From NCBI GenBank assembly GCA_964016885.1, contig OZ024740.1, positions 302,002,001 to 302,066,000 of the forward strand: 64,000 bases of DNA, in the 5' to 3' direction. Positions within the stretch are counted from its first letter, which is position 1. Every line of letters begins with the position of its first letter. A program made the translations under genes and the position numbers. This document shows, in pieces, positions 1-12,975 of the stretch. Below the pieces are notes generated by a model, which saw only the letters and a list, made by a program, of their open reading frames with translations, did not search any database and had not been told where the DNA came from. The DNA comes from Eledone cirrhosa. Its lineage: Eukaryota.

Positions 1-64
1 GGTTGTATACATCATAAAATCATATGTATTGATGATGTAATTGTTTTTTTTATACATTTTCGAA

Positions 65-400
65 ACGATGCCAATGCTGTTGTTGCTGCTATTGATTTTC
101 ATGCTGATAAATTTGTTAGTGGCGGTGATGGAGGTAGTGGTGATGGAGGTGGTGATGGAGGTGGTGATGATGATGATGGTGACGGTAGTGATGGTGGTGG
201 AGGTGGCTGTGGTAGTGTTAGTGTTGGCGGTGGTGTCGGTGGTGATGATGGTGTTGGTGCTGATTGTGATGCTAGTTGTGGTTGTGGTTGTTGTAATAAT
301 CGTAGTGATGGTGTTGGTGATGGTGGTACTGTTGATGGTTGTGTTGTTGTTGTTGGTGATCACTGTGGTCATGATAAGCATGATAAGGATAAGTTGTTGG
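65..400. repeat. Degenerate (GGT/GAT/GTT)n trinucleotide low-complexity tract
   Basis: Visible GTGGTGATG-type repeats; the Val/Met-rich ORF 41-406 is a by-product. Confidence 0.9.
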
Positions 401-1753
401 GGATGAATTAGAATAAGGCAAGTAAAAGCTGCACAGGTTATGATAGTTGTTCTTGTTATTGATGTGGATGCTAATAGTGGTTGATTTCACTGTCATATAT
501 TTTACGGAATTTATTTTTCCTTGTGGCATATCAAAAAATATAATGAAACTAGAAGTAAAACCGCCAAATACAATTATACCACATCAATTGTGAGAAGGAA
601 AATGGAGGTTATCGATTTCCATTTTCTATTGCAGTGGTTCATAGAGTGCATGCAACTCGTGATAAACGGGGACTGTGTACTTAAGTATAGAAATACAACA
701 AACTATAGCGTTGGGAGCTGTGTAAATGGCGTCCATCATATTTGTGTATTCTTCGTTGAGAAACATCTGATGGTGAGACACGCAAAGATATACCCTAGGA
801 CATTGAGAGAAAATAAGCCAGAGAAAGAAAGGAGAATGATAGACAGAGACAGAAGTAAGAGAGATAAAGAGACAGCGATAAAGAGATTGAGCAGTGAATG
901 AGATATAGAAACACTTAATTTCTATAAAATCATTGTACTTTCTTAATCTGCATTAATCCAACCCGATTTCAAGATTTATATAATGTAAATTCTGAATGTC
1001 AGGTAAAGACGAGCAGATTGATCCATCCAAGTACGCTGTGTGAGGTCCTACTGCAGTCGTTATGACCTGAAACTACGAGGCAAAATATGTGTGTGCGTTT
1101 TATGAGTATAATATCGATTTTGATTTTTTTTAGTTATACTTCAAAATTTTGGCGATCTATCAACCGTAGTGTATTACAGGTATTTATATTCGTGACTTCA
1201 ACGGAGCGAAAGACAAATCGATATTGTATATTGTCAGAGCAATGGAACTCATCTGTGTAATGCATATCGTGATAGTATGATGCAATACTGCCACCATTGT
1301 ACGGTTAAATGATAAATGGAAGAAAAATATGGTAGCACGCAAAATGCACTACGTTAAGAAGTTTGCGTGTGCATGTTGTAAAAGTGCTAACAACCCCTTG
1401 ATAATGCATTTCTATATGTAATCATTTTCAAATGCATTCATATATGTATAGTCAATTTTATATGCCTTTAACGGTTGCATGAATATTACTGAATAGTGAT
1501 TAACGTATCTTGAAACAGCGCTGTCTAGCATTCTCGAAAACTATTCATAAACCTTTGAAGTATTCCTAAAAAAGAAGACAGAAAAAATATGTTTTCTTCA
1601 ATACCGAAGGTCAGCTCCCATATGTGTGTTGTATATAAATATATCGTATTCTCTTTCATATACACCCCTATTACGCTTAAGGCTATATTAATGCTACTGT
1701 CAATATGTATGTTATTTTCTCTAAAACATGCCCCCCCCCTCCGGCTCGTCTGC

Positions 1754-1789
1754 TCTTCTGATTAAGGACTAGCGTCCGAAACGTTAAGA
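1754..1789 (+). ncRNA. Degenerate minimal hammerhead motif (PLE pLTR type)
   Basis: TCTT-CTGATTA-A-GGAC(TAGC)GTCC-GAAACGTT-AAGA; core has G8>U so probably inactive. Confidence 0.55.
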
Positions 1790-1887
1790 CTAATTTCGTA
1801 CTATATCAAGCGTAAAATTTGGTATATATTTGTCCATTGTCCAGTGGCGTTTGCCTTGTTATTTTTTCCTTTTGGACACACACACAC

Positions 1888-1919
<32 letters not shown>

Positions 1920-1964
1920 ATATATGTGTGTAGAAGTGGTTACACAACAGTTAGTTCACCATAC

Positions 1965-2002
1965 CGAGAACAATTGTTTCACCTTCGCGGATCTTCAGCT
2001 CG
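1965..2002 (-). ncRNA. Type I hammerhead ribozyme, PLE-A 3' pLTR
   Basis: CGAG-CTGAAGA-TCC(GCGAA)GGT-GAAACAATTGTT-CTCG; palindromic stem III ACAATTGT. Confidence 0.85.
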
Positions 2003-2186
2003 GGATGTGTATGGTTATAGGAACAGGAAGGACAACCGTACGAACGCGCATGCGCAGAAACTCGGTCACTTCACACAGGCAATACTAGACTGCGAACGGG
2101 AGGTGTAAGGGAGATAACTGCGAAAGTCCGGAAAGTTTTTAGGTTGAAAATAAAATTGAAAAAATTTAAAATAAAATTACAAAGAA

Positions 2187-4294
2187 TCAGTCCGGAGCCT
2201 TGTAGTTATCCAATAGATGTTTGGTGACGTGTGGACAACGTGTGAAAAATTCACTTCTCATGTTTAGGCAATCACTTTTGCGTAATCTCTTTAGGATAGT
2301 TATTCGTTCGTCAATACATAAGCCACACGTCGGATTCCCCCTTGCGTATGGCTTGGACTTAGTGATGGCTTTCCATTGAATGGAGTGGCCGATACTTGAG
2401 TCCTTGAGGGACGATACATGGCTCGCGAGATTCATGGATGAACGTCTGTCCGTGTATCTGAAGGTAGACTGGTGGTTCAGGAAACGCTCCTTGAATCGGC
2501 CCTCCGCCATGCCCACATAGGATTTGACCTCCTGTGGTTCGTTTGGTCGGTTGGAAGTGACCACAGCTTCATAGATTACAGCTGGTGTGTTGCATTGCTG
2601 TTGAAGGGGGCAAGCTTAAGGCTTACGGCTAGAGCTCCCTGGTGGGCTGTTGCTCCATGGGCTGCTGTTGATGTGGGCCTTCATGTTCTTAGCGCAGGAG
2701 TATCCTAGTTTAACTTTGTGTCGGTTAAAGATGGAGCGGTATTTATGACCTATGGGGAAGTGTCTATCTAAGAGGGCTAAACATTTTTTTCCTACATTCG
2801 TTTTAACATTGAGTGAGAAGGGAGGAGAGAACCAGATAGTTTGTTTACTGATGCGCTTACTTGTGTTAATAGTGTTGTTGCTAGTGGGCGAGTAGGTGAT
2901 AGGTTGTGAGAAGCTGCTGTTAGCCAACGCCGTGTTATAGTAGGGTGCTGCCCTGTCAAAGATAGCCTTTTTAGAGGAGTGGTTTGAGATTCTAGTACTG
3001 ATATTCTTAACGAAGTTTCTAAAAACAGTGGGAGGGTGGCATGAGTCCTTCTGAATGTAATTAAGTTTCTCGTTTAGCTTATGGAAGGGTCTGTGGGTGT
3101 GTGTGCGAAGGTCTAAATTATTGTCTAAGAAATCTACGCTAGAGAGGTTGGTGGCTACTGTTATCCTAAGGCCTAACTCATTGAAGGTAGAATCTAAGAC
3201 TTTTTTAAACCGGTCGAGGTCGTGACCACTTTTATGGCTCGATAAAGTCAGTCCATCGTCGCGGTATATTCCCGTGTGGAAGTCCGGGAATCTAACACGT
3301 AATATGTCTAAGATAAAAAGGCCAACCAAGTCACATACGTCAGCACTGTCAAACGATCCCATGGAGACGTCGAACAGGTCTGAAGATGTAGACTTCTTGC
3401 CCAGGCTACACCGTCGATGAAGAGGATGGTTTTCAGGTAGTGAGCGACTATTTCCCTGTCTAAACCATCAACGGTAGTATAAGTGATAGTGAAGTCCAAC
3501 GCTTTGTTTAACAAGGTTTCAGAGATCGACGGGTAAAAATCCACAATGTCAAACTGTGTTAACTTCGCTTTTTTGGATTTTAAGGCGTTAAACCACTTAA
3601 TTACGGAGTCGCTAGTCTCCCACTGGGGCAGGTTGGACTTGGTCCTAATGGTCTTAACTATCTTTCTAAGTATGGCCTTACTGACTAGTCCCATATCTGT
3701 GCGTGCCGGGTTTATTAGTCTACATGTGGGGTTAGAAGTAAAGTCTACTTTGTGATCTTTCAGGGTGAAGAACGCCTCCCGCTTAGCTAGAGATTGTAGC
3801 TTCTTATCTACATTAAGGTCGGCGGCGAGTTCCTTGGCTTCTGTATTAATGTCGTGGTAGGCCATAGAGTTAGCTTTCTTATATTTAGAAGTAATAGCGT
3901 TATGGGCCAGGTGGCGGAAAGTGGTGTTGTCGACTTTGTAAATAGTATTAGTTTTGTCGGAAAGGACGAAGGTGTTATTAGAAGACCTAAATTTCTTAAT
4001 ATCGTTTCTAAGTTTCGTTTGAAAGGTGTTAGTGTGTTTGCGAAAGAAAATGTTAGCGACTGAGTCAAGAAGGTCCGTCTCGAAAGGAGCAAGTTCGGTT
4101 ACCTTAGGAGGGTAGGCTCTCGATTTCAGGTTGAATGTGTTGTTTGTGATTGTAATTTTGCCGTTGAAAGCTAGGACTCGTCATCTTAAGCGTCTGACGA
4201 CATCTTCCGCTTTTTGTAGGAGGAGCTTTTGGTAAACATGGTTGGAGGGAGTTGGAATGTTCTTCAGGGAGTAATTTAGTTCGTATAAATCCAT
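2187..4294 (-). pseudogene. Disrupted PLE ORF: reverse transcriptase plus C-terminal GIY-YIG endonuclease
   Basis: MDLYELNYSLKNIP start; FDIVDFYPSI, MGSFDSADVCDLVG, YRDDG; VIY..YVG..FKERF..H; CGLC, RSE, CPH; stops at 4181 and 2616, frameshifts near 4090, 3860 and 3360. Confidence 0.9.
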
Positions 4295-4548
4295 ACTGAC
4301 GTTGATGAGACGTAAAATTGTGTAGGACATGAGGATATATAGAGCGCTCTCAGGGTAGTAAGCCAAACTCGCACGTGGTGAAGAATCTGCTAAAATCCAA
4401 ACTTCTACGTAGTGAGGAGAATCTGCTGACCGCTGCTGGAGACGTAGATAGTGGTGGAACACTGGAAGGTAATATCCGTAGTGGTAGAGCACTCAGTCCA
4501 ATGGACGAGTTATGTAGAAGTGGTAACACAACAGTTAGTTCACCATAC

Positions 4549-4586
4549 CGAGAACAATTGTTTCACCTTCGCGGATCTTCAGCTCG
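4549..4586 (-). ncRNA. Type I hammerhead ribozyme, PLE-A 5' pLTR
   Basis: Same motif as 1965-2002. Confidence 0.85.
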
Positions 4587-4637
4587 GGATGTGTATGGTT
4601 ATAGGAACAGAAAGGATAACCGTACGAACGCGCATGC

Positions 4638-5579
4638 GTTAAAACCAATGTAGGAAAAACATTTCTAGCCCTCTTAGATAGACACTTCCCCATAGGTCAT
4701 AAATACCGCTCCATCTTTAACCGACACAAAGTTAAACTAGGATACTCCTGGCTAGGAACATGAAGGCCCACATCACCAGCAGCCCCTGGAGAAACACCCG
4801 ACCAGGGTGCTCTTGCTGTAAGCCTGAAGCTTGCCCCCTTCAACAGCAATGAAACACACCAGCTGTAATCTATGAATCTGTGGTCACTTCCAACCGACCA
4901 AACGAACCACAGGAGGTCAAATCCTATGTGGGCATGGCGGAGGGCCGATTCAAGGAGCGTTTCCTGAACCACCAGTCTACCTTCAGATACACGGACAGAC
5001 GTTCATCCACGAATCTCGCGAGCCATGTATGATCCCTCAAGGACTCAAGTATAGGCTACTCCATTAATGGAACGCCATCACTAAGTCCAAGCCATACGCA
5101 AGGGGAAATCCGACGAGTGGCTTATGTATTGACGAACGAATAACTATCCTAAAGAGATTACGCAATAGTGATTGCCTAAACACAAGAAGTGAATTTTTCA
5201 CACGTTGTCCACACGTCACCAAACATCTATTGCATAACTACATGGCTCCGGACTGATTCCTTGTAATTTTATTTTAAATTTTTTCAATTTTATTTTCAAC
5301 GTAAAAACTTTCCGGACTTTCGCAGTTATCTCCCTTACACCTCCCGCACGCAGTCTAGTATTGCCTGTGTGAAGTGACCATTTTTCTGCGCATGCGCGTT
5401 CATACGGTTGTCCTTCCTGTTCCTATAGCCATACACATCCCGAGCTGAAGATCCGCGAAGGTGAAACAATTGTTCTCGGTATGGTGAACCAACTGTTGTG
5501 TAACCACTTCTACCTAACTCATCCTTTGGACTGAGTGCTCTACCACTATGGATATTACCTTCCAGTGTTCCACCACTAT
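4638..5579 (+). mobile_element. Inverted 5'-truncated second copy of PLE-A (linker, GIY-YIG, pLTR)
   Basis: Reverse complement of about 1930-2807 plus a pLTR extension matching 4447-4513; ends in (TA)n. Confidence 0.92.
5440..5479 (+). ncRNA. Type I hammerhead ribozyme, inverted PLE-A copy
   Basis: CCGAG-CTGAAGA-TCCGCGAAGGT-GAAACAATTGTT-CTCGG; stem I extended by CCATAC/GTATGG across an internal loop. Confidence 0.85.
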
Positions 5580-5703
5580 ATATATATATATATATAATTA
5601 TATATACTTAGGTTAATAGGAGTTAGGTATTGTATACCCGTATCCCATTAAGGTATTGGCAGCATAATAATTAGCTCTATGCTTTGGAGCAGAGCCGTAT
5701 ATA

Positions 5704-6047
5704 TGATAAAGAACACAGGAGCTTCTACAACATCAAGAGATTTTTATTGGCTTACAATGTTTCTTCCTTACGTAACCGTAGGATTCGTCAGAGCTATAAA
5801 AGGGGTTTGATTGGTGTTATGGACTCTACCGACCAAACATTCAAGAACAAAGAGTGAAGAGAGTAAAGAGCAAAAGTAGGGGACGATAAGTCTAATTTTG
5901 GTGCGGGAGGGTGGTGTGTGGGTCCTTGTTTACTAGCTGCGGTCATATTCATTCCCGGGAGTCGAGAGGTTAGCTGAACCATAGATGGGGTGGCGTCGAT
6001 AGTAGGGTGCAGATGGTGTGCAGAGGTTACACAAACACAAAGGGCAT
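5704..6047 (-). mobile_element. Short non-coding HHR-bearing repeat (family C), copy 1
   Basis: Inverted repeat of 6733-7065; TA-flanked; contains HHR. Confidence 0.8.
5741..5802 (-). ncRNA. Type I hammerhead ribozyme (family C)
   Basis: GCT-CTGACGA-ATCCTACG(GTTA)CGTAAGGAA-GAAAC(ATT)GTA-AGC; GUA site; stem I extension TTTTTAT/ATAAAAA. Confidence 0.8.
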
Positions 6048-6732
6048 ACAATATATATATATATATAACGGATTTGTGCGACCAAAATTTGTGCGACCAA
6101 AATAACACCACACACATATTGAACTTGGAATATTGGATCCTCCGTCAATGTCTGGGTGAGCAAAAATAGATTTCTATCTGCATTGGAATTTACGAACTTG
6201 TGCATCTGCTGTGGTGTCAAAAAAAAACGCACATGACCGCACAGATAAACAATGGACTATGCCACGTGGCTTGAACCTGTAAGTGAATTGAAGGTTCTGT
6301 AACTCTGATGTACAGATTATTTATTATTAAGATGTATAAACATGACACAACTATTATCATCTTATATTCTCTCAACTAATCACATTTGATCATATTTCTC
6401 TATCCCGTTTTCTCACCCAATAATCATAATATTTTTATTTGAAAAAAATCGTTTTTTTTTACATTGTATTTTCCCCTTCAAATACTTGCTTATATTTCTT
6501 TATATATTCTCTATATATGTTATTATATATATATTTGTTATCTTTATTCTTATTTTCACTTTTATCCTCCTTTATATTTTACCTTATTCTTACTTTTATA
6601 CCTTATTATAGTGTAAACTTCCCCATGCCTTATTATACATTATTAATTATAGATTATTATTATTACTCTTTTTTTCATTTTTAATTACCTCATGTACTTT
6701 CTCCTCCGTTATATATATATATATCGCATGTC

Positions 6733-7065
6733 CTTTGTGTTTGTGTAGCCTCTGCACACCCTCTGCACCCTACTATCGACGCCACCCGATCTATGGTTCA
6801 GCTAACCACTCGACTCCCGGGAATGAATATGACCGCAGCTAGTAAACACACCCCACCCTCCCGCACCAAAATTAGACTTATCGTCCCCTACTTTTGCCCT
6901 TTACACACTTTACTCTTTGTTCTTGAATGTTTGGTTGGTAGAGTCCATAACACCAATCAAACCCCTTTTATAGCTCTGACGAATCCTACGGTTACGTAAG
7001 GAAGAAACATTGTAAGCCAATAAAAATCTTTTGATGTTGGAGACGCTCTTGTGTTCTTTATCATA
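6733..7065 (+). mobile_element. Short non-coding HHR-bearing repeat (family C), copy 2
   Basis: Inverted repeat of 5704-6047; TA-flanked. Confidence 0.8.
6966..7025 (+). ncRNA. Type I hammerhead ribozyme (family C)
   Basis: CTGACGA 6976, GAAA 7004, GTA 7012-7014. Confidence 0.8.
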
Positions 7066-7664
7066 TAATTATATATATATATAAGAGAGTGTTGAAGTTT
7101 GCTTGAAGTCTTGTGGAACAATAAAAATGCTCGTTTTGCAAGCCTCGACAACGCAGATGGTTAAATCTCCGAGTAACAGAATCAGCTGGTAATGAGAGGT
7201 AGGTATAAGAGGAAGCGTAGAGAGAGACATAGAGAGATAAAAGGAACGTAGGAAAAGTGTCAAAAATAATAACACGAGATAGAGTTACCTTGGAAGTGAT
7301 TTAATTGTCCCTATATTTCGGATTTCGCATCCAACAACTGGCGTTTTCCGAGGGGAAAAGTTTTGTCGGAGAGAAACAACACGCGGCATCTTCTGTTTAC
7401 CGTATGCGTACAAGTATACTACTCTATCGAGTGCGTGTGTGCGCGTATTAGATGTGGTCAGACAAAGTTCGAGGCAGGCCTTCTATACTAGAATAGTCGG
7501 GTGGTGATGTGTCAATATGTACGCATCTTCGCTGTCAATTCCTTACGATCGGTCTGTAATAATGGGGGTCACTGCAGGCAATGTGAAGGTAGCCTGCCTC
7601 CTTGTTGTCTGTCCGTGGGTGGGTAATGGGCTCGATATACACACAATAACAATCGCTCGATTGT

Positions 7665-7704
<40 letters not shown>

Positions 7705-7734
7705 TGTTGTTGTTTTTCTTGTTGTTCCATTTGT

Positions 7735-7930
7735 TTACACCAGCCATCTCGTCTCCCTTCTCTCGGATTGATTATTGATTTGTCGTCCGAGGCGTTTGAT
7801 CCAGAGTGCCTCCTTGATCCTTAAAGTGCCGATGTTGCGTTCCGTCGCTAATACTGTGACAATGAGCCTTCTGTCTATGTTTCCGCATTTGATTAAGGAT
7901 TTCTGGAAAGACGAGGCTCTAGTGTTGATA
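7735..7930 (-). pseudogene. C-terminal remnant of a Penelope-type GIY-YIG endonuclease
   Basis: VTVLATERNIGTLRIKEALWIKRLGRQINNQ resembles the R-x-x-EA-x-x-I..N end of PLE endonucleases. Confidence 0.6.
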
Positions 7931-8110
7931 TTTTCTTCCCTTCGGCACGCACACACACACACAACCACGCCCATGACACACCTAGGTTGAAACTTCCACC
8001 TACCACCCCTACCTATATATCTCCTCCTAACCCCGTTTTCCTAATTTCCTTTCTTTACCCTCACAAACTAATCATACATCACCTTGTTCTCTCCCTATCC
8101 AAAATATCCT

Positions 8111-8143
8111 CTCCTGATGAAGGATTTCTGTCCGAAACTTTGA
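8111..8143 (+). ncRNA. Degenerate minimal hammerhead motif
   Basis: CTC-CTGATGA-AGGA(TTTCTG)TCC-GAAACTTTGA; stems I and III imperfect. Confidence 0.5.
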
Positions 8144-8156
8144 ATCCTACTCCGCC

Positions 8157-8185
<29 letters not shown>

Positions 8186-8187
<2 letters not shown>

Positions 8188-8354
8188 GGAACGAGTAGGA
8201 CCCCGACGGCTGAGCTCAAGCCGTTTCGATGGCTAATTCTGGACAGAATTAGCCGTCGAAACGGCTTGAGCTCCTATTACCCACTCTACTACCCTAAGTA
8301 TCGAGTACTTTGGTGCCTTATGGTCCACCTGCTTCCTTACCACATTTCCTTCGT

Positions 8355-8356
<2 letters not shown>
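8186..8356. repeat. Fold-back copy of repeat family F with a ~60-bp palindrome
   Basis: GAGCTCAAGCCGTTTCGATGGCTAATTCT-GGAC-AGAATTAGCCGTCGAAACGGCTTGAGCTC; homologous to 63623-63752 and 28869-28910. Confidence 0.8.
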
Positions 8357-8386
<30 letters not shown>

Positions 8387-9118
8387 ATAATAATAAGGGC
8401 GCTGCGGAGTTGCAAATGGGTTACATATGAAAAAAGTTTGTCCTTCGTCAGTGATCTTCCAACTATCATAGGCATTTCATCGCTTTAAAGACCATATACC
8501 TCCGGTTGGTGCGAGCAACGACTAAAAAAAGTTGTTGGGACACGTAAATAAAGGGGACGCGAGGGTAAACAAACAAAATGGTGAAGCAACAGAAAGTGAG
8601 GAAGAAAGAGACAAGTCCCAGATTTCTATGAATTTAAGTTCGGAAAAATCCTGAACGAGAGAATAAAGACCATCAAACCTGGTTGAAATGTGAGCAAGGA
8701 AGAAATTTCGCACAGGTCTAACGGGGGGAAGAAGGGGTCTGGTCTGCGAATTCGGTAAACATAAGTTCTGTGAAATCGTAGACGAGAGAGAGAAAAAATT
8801 CCGACCAGCTTGGCCAGAGAAAAGAATTACTCACAGGTCAAACGGGAAGAAAGAGGAGGAGGAGAGGTAGTGACAGAGAATGAGTGAGTGAAGGGTGAAG
8901 AAGAGGCTAACAGAGAGAGAGACTGCTAGAAAGGGTAAACGGAATAGAAAATGCTGACAAATTGATCACAGTGAAAAATAGTTTAATTAGGAATAAGTGA
9001 GAATTAGTAATATTATTGGTTAGTATTCAGTTTTGGATTTAAATTTTACCGGTTGCGCATTTCTAATGCTTTTCAAAAATAATTTTGAGATAGAGCGTCC
9101 GTGATGTTTGTTCTGATC

Positions 9119-9615
<497 letters not shown>

Positions 9616-10387
9616 AATACTATTTTGTTATTTACTCCTGGAAGAATGAATTTAGCATATTTTATTCCTCCTGCAACATTTAAGAGGTGTATATTTCTAA
9701 ATTGGTCATTTAAATATTTCTATCAAATTGTTCATTCAAATGTATCTTTCAAAATCCTTCGGTCTATTGATACAGTGCATTAAAAGATGTATAATACCAA
9801 ACAAATACACATATTGAATCTACACTCCTATATTTACAAATTGCTAATTCTACTACGTCTACCCATACCGGGTCACACATTCTCTATCTTCTCTGCCAAT
9901 ATATATATATAGTAAATATAATATTACAGAAGGAGATATTATTCCCGATCCTGCAGCAATTGAGGGTTATGAACGAGTATACTAAGTAATGACACGTTCT
10001 GATCCTGCTTCAATTAAATGTTCTTCGATTCTACATAATAGAGTTGAATGATCTGCACCTTTCTTTGCAAATCTCATCAGCTTAAACACATAATTGTCTC
10101 ACAATTTATCACTCTCTATATCTATATATATATTAATTTAAAGTAATTTGAAACCAAAATATGACTAAATTAATGTTTACAGAACATAATATATTTTCAG
10201 TTATTTTCATCAAATTGCTATATCAACACTTGACATACCACGTTCCATGGCTCTTCAGGTAATGTGTCAACAGTGATGTACGAATATTTATAATTTATTA
10301 ATTCAAATCTCACCTACGCTTTTTGATATATTATTTCAAAATTCTGAACACTGTTTGTCAATTTAATTGGGAAGTACTATCGTGTAA

Positions 10388-10485
10388 ATATTAATGTATA
10401 TATATTAATGTATATATATTAATGTATATATATTAATGTATATATATTAATGTATATATATTAATGTATATATATTAATGTATAT
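10388..10485. repeat. 14-bp minisatellite (TATATTAATGTATA), about 7 copies
   Basis: Direct tandem repeat. Confidence 0.9.
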
Positions 10486-10854
10486 GCCAGCGTGAGTTTT
10501 TATGAACGTTCTTGAGATGAGAAATACTGTGCAGAATTATTATAAATGTATGTGTGTTTAAAACAAAACAGAATTGTTGTAAATAAGAGGTCAATAAAAC
10601 GTTTGATGTCGTAGGTTATATATTAGTGTGGATGTAACTTAATAGCGTAGTGTGTGAGGCACGTAAAAATACTTTGGTACTCTTATTTAATATTTAATGT
10701 TTGATGTGAATATGAGAATTTTTTTTTAGAATATAAATGGCAGATGACATTTGATTGATCATAGATATGAGAAAAGTGTATGTAAACATCACGATATATC
10801 ATAGCATATGGGGAGTGAAGGTTTCAAATACCAGATATGGCTTTTGAGTGTAGT

Positions 10855-10884
10855 GTGTGTATGTATGTGTATATATCTGTGTGT

Positions 10885-10978
<94 letters not shown>

Positions 10979-11008
10979 TGTGTGTGTGTGTGTGTGTGTC
11001 TGTGTGTG
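10855..11008. repeat. (TG)n microsatellite
   Basis: Direct. Confidence 0.97.
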
Positions 11009-11216
11009 TTTAAAGATTTGAAATGAGAAATATATTTGGCATTTATCAGAAATACCTTTATTGTAAATAAAATCATGCTATCATAAATGTTCCACAATAT
11101 GTGAGAGAAAATTAAAATGGCCAAAAAAGAATAGTAACGAGAGGCCATAACTTTCTGTTAGTAATAAACATATAGATAGTCACACACACTGACACAGTCA
11201 AACACACATACATACG

Positions 11217-11380
11217 CAATTATCCCAGTACATTACTGGTGCTGTGTTTCATCGACCCCGTAGGGGTGAAAGGTAACGTTAACCTCAGCCGTAAAGATTG
11301 AAATCAAACCGTGAAGGGCCTCAAATCTATGCTGCAAAGCATGGCGTCCGACTCTCTACCGATTCTGCAAATCCACCACT
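11217..11380 (-). mobile_element. tRNA-derived SINE, family S1
   Basis: Similar to 41132-41315. Confidence 0.8.
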
Positions 11381-11469
11381 AATACTGGTGTCTCATTTTC
11401 TACTATATATTAGAATACAATTGTGCATGCTGCAGTGCAAATGTAGAGATTTTACCATATTCATATATA

Positions 11470-11706
<237 letters not shown>

Positions 11707-12710
11707 GGGTAAATCTATTACACTAACAAGTTATGCTTCGGAATAGTTTAATTGATTTCGTCATCTTGACCTCTTATATTTTCAATCCGGTCATCATAGA
11801 ATGGTTGAGTTGCATCATTTCTCTGTATTAGAAGAGTTCTAAAGAAATTAGTAATAATTATGAGTTAAATGTGTGGAGCGTGTAAAGAGGGTTAATTTAC
11901 CTTCATATATTTGTGAGAAGAAGCTGCTTTTAAAGTGATGTTCCGATATTCTTAAGCCTTTGACTACATTTTTCAGTAACACATGGTCGAAGATATGGGA
12001 ACATTCGGAAAGGATTTCTCCATTAAATGGAAGGGTCGGAAATGATCTAGAACCTATTGAAATAGAACTAAATCGTGTAATTTGTGCATAGACGAAAGAT
12101 GGAACCTTCTAAAGAATTTTAATTGGACGAAAAATTGCCTAATACATGGACAGACTTCTTCAGCCGCTGTCCAAATATATTCGAAAGAACTAGAAATAAC
12201 TGGACAAGTAATTTCACATACAGACTCAGGAGCGCAAACTTAACATATTTCACCACTCTTTAGGAACACTCAGCTCCTAAAATCACTTCAAATTTAATAT
12301 AGAATCCGCCACCTAACGTAGCCCTCTTGGTGTTTGCTCTTTTCACACACACACATTTCCTGTACATCGATCTTTGTATGGTGTCCATAAAAATTTTCTA
12401 AACAGTCATTGTTCAAATTGCCCACTATCACTCACTGTACTTAATATCTAAGTTCACTCCATTTATCTGATTTTAATTTTCATCTTTGAATGAGAAGAGA
12501 ACCAACGAAAATGCCATCATTTCCTCTCTCTTCACTGTATATCTAACCATGAATTATTAGCTGTCTTCAGAGTTCTATTAAATCAACATAAAACTAACAC
12601 AACTATTCCAATACGGGTGCAATCAACCCAACATAGCCAACAATGAAACAGGGATATCCCTACGAAAGATCTGTTAATGAAATAATTAGCTACACACACA
12701 CACACATATA

Positions 12711-12813
<103 letters not shown>

Positions 12814-12851
12814 ATGTATAGATGCATATATATATATATATATATATATAT

Positions 12852-12921
12852 AATGGAAAAATTTGAACAGGGACAAAACAGAGGGGCAGTACAACGAATG
12901 TTTATTAATTTTACGCTCTGG

Positions 12922-12922
<1 letters not shown>
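12852..12922 (+). repeat. 70-bp fragment of repeat family D inside (TA)n
   Basis: Matches reverse complement of 59178-59248. Confidence 0.85.

Positions 12923-12975
<53 letters not shown>

Larger units (their letters stand above)
1930..4638 (-). mobile_element. Penelope-like retroelement A with direct pseudo-LTRs (probably Hydra-clade type)
   Basis: Repeat 1930-2054 matches 4514-4638, each with an HHR, flanking an RT plus GIY-YIG ORF; 3' end abuts (TA)n. Confidence 0.9.

Noticed and set aside
41-529. Hydrophobic and His/Gln-rich ORFs
   Set aside because: Translations of a trinucleotide repeat
4850-4852. TGA at a conserved linker Cys, suggesting selenocysteine as in some Naiad PLEs
   Set aside because: The sister copy has TGC; this copy has other nonsense and indel lesions; no SECIS element recognised
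7309-7343. Minus-strand GGAT(GCGAA)ATCC-GAAA hairpin downstream of the GIY-YIG remnant
   Set aside because: Core reads CAGTTGT (three mismatches); at best a dead HHR
8397-8492. CTGACGAAGGAC half-motif shared with 57310-57370
   Set aside because: Repeat homology is real, but no closing stem II or GAAA in either copy
10388-10485. CRISPR-like array
   Set aside because: No spacers; plain minisatellite in eukaryotic DNA
11750-12520. Possible ancient LINE endonuclease remnant
   Set aside because: Only vague motif echoes
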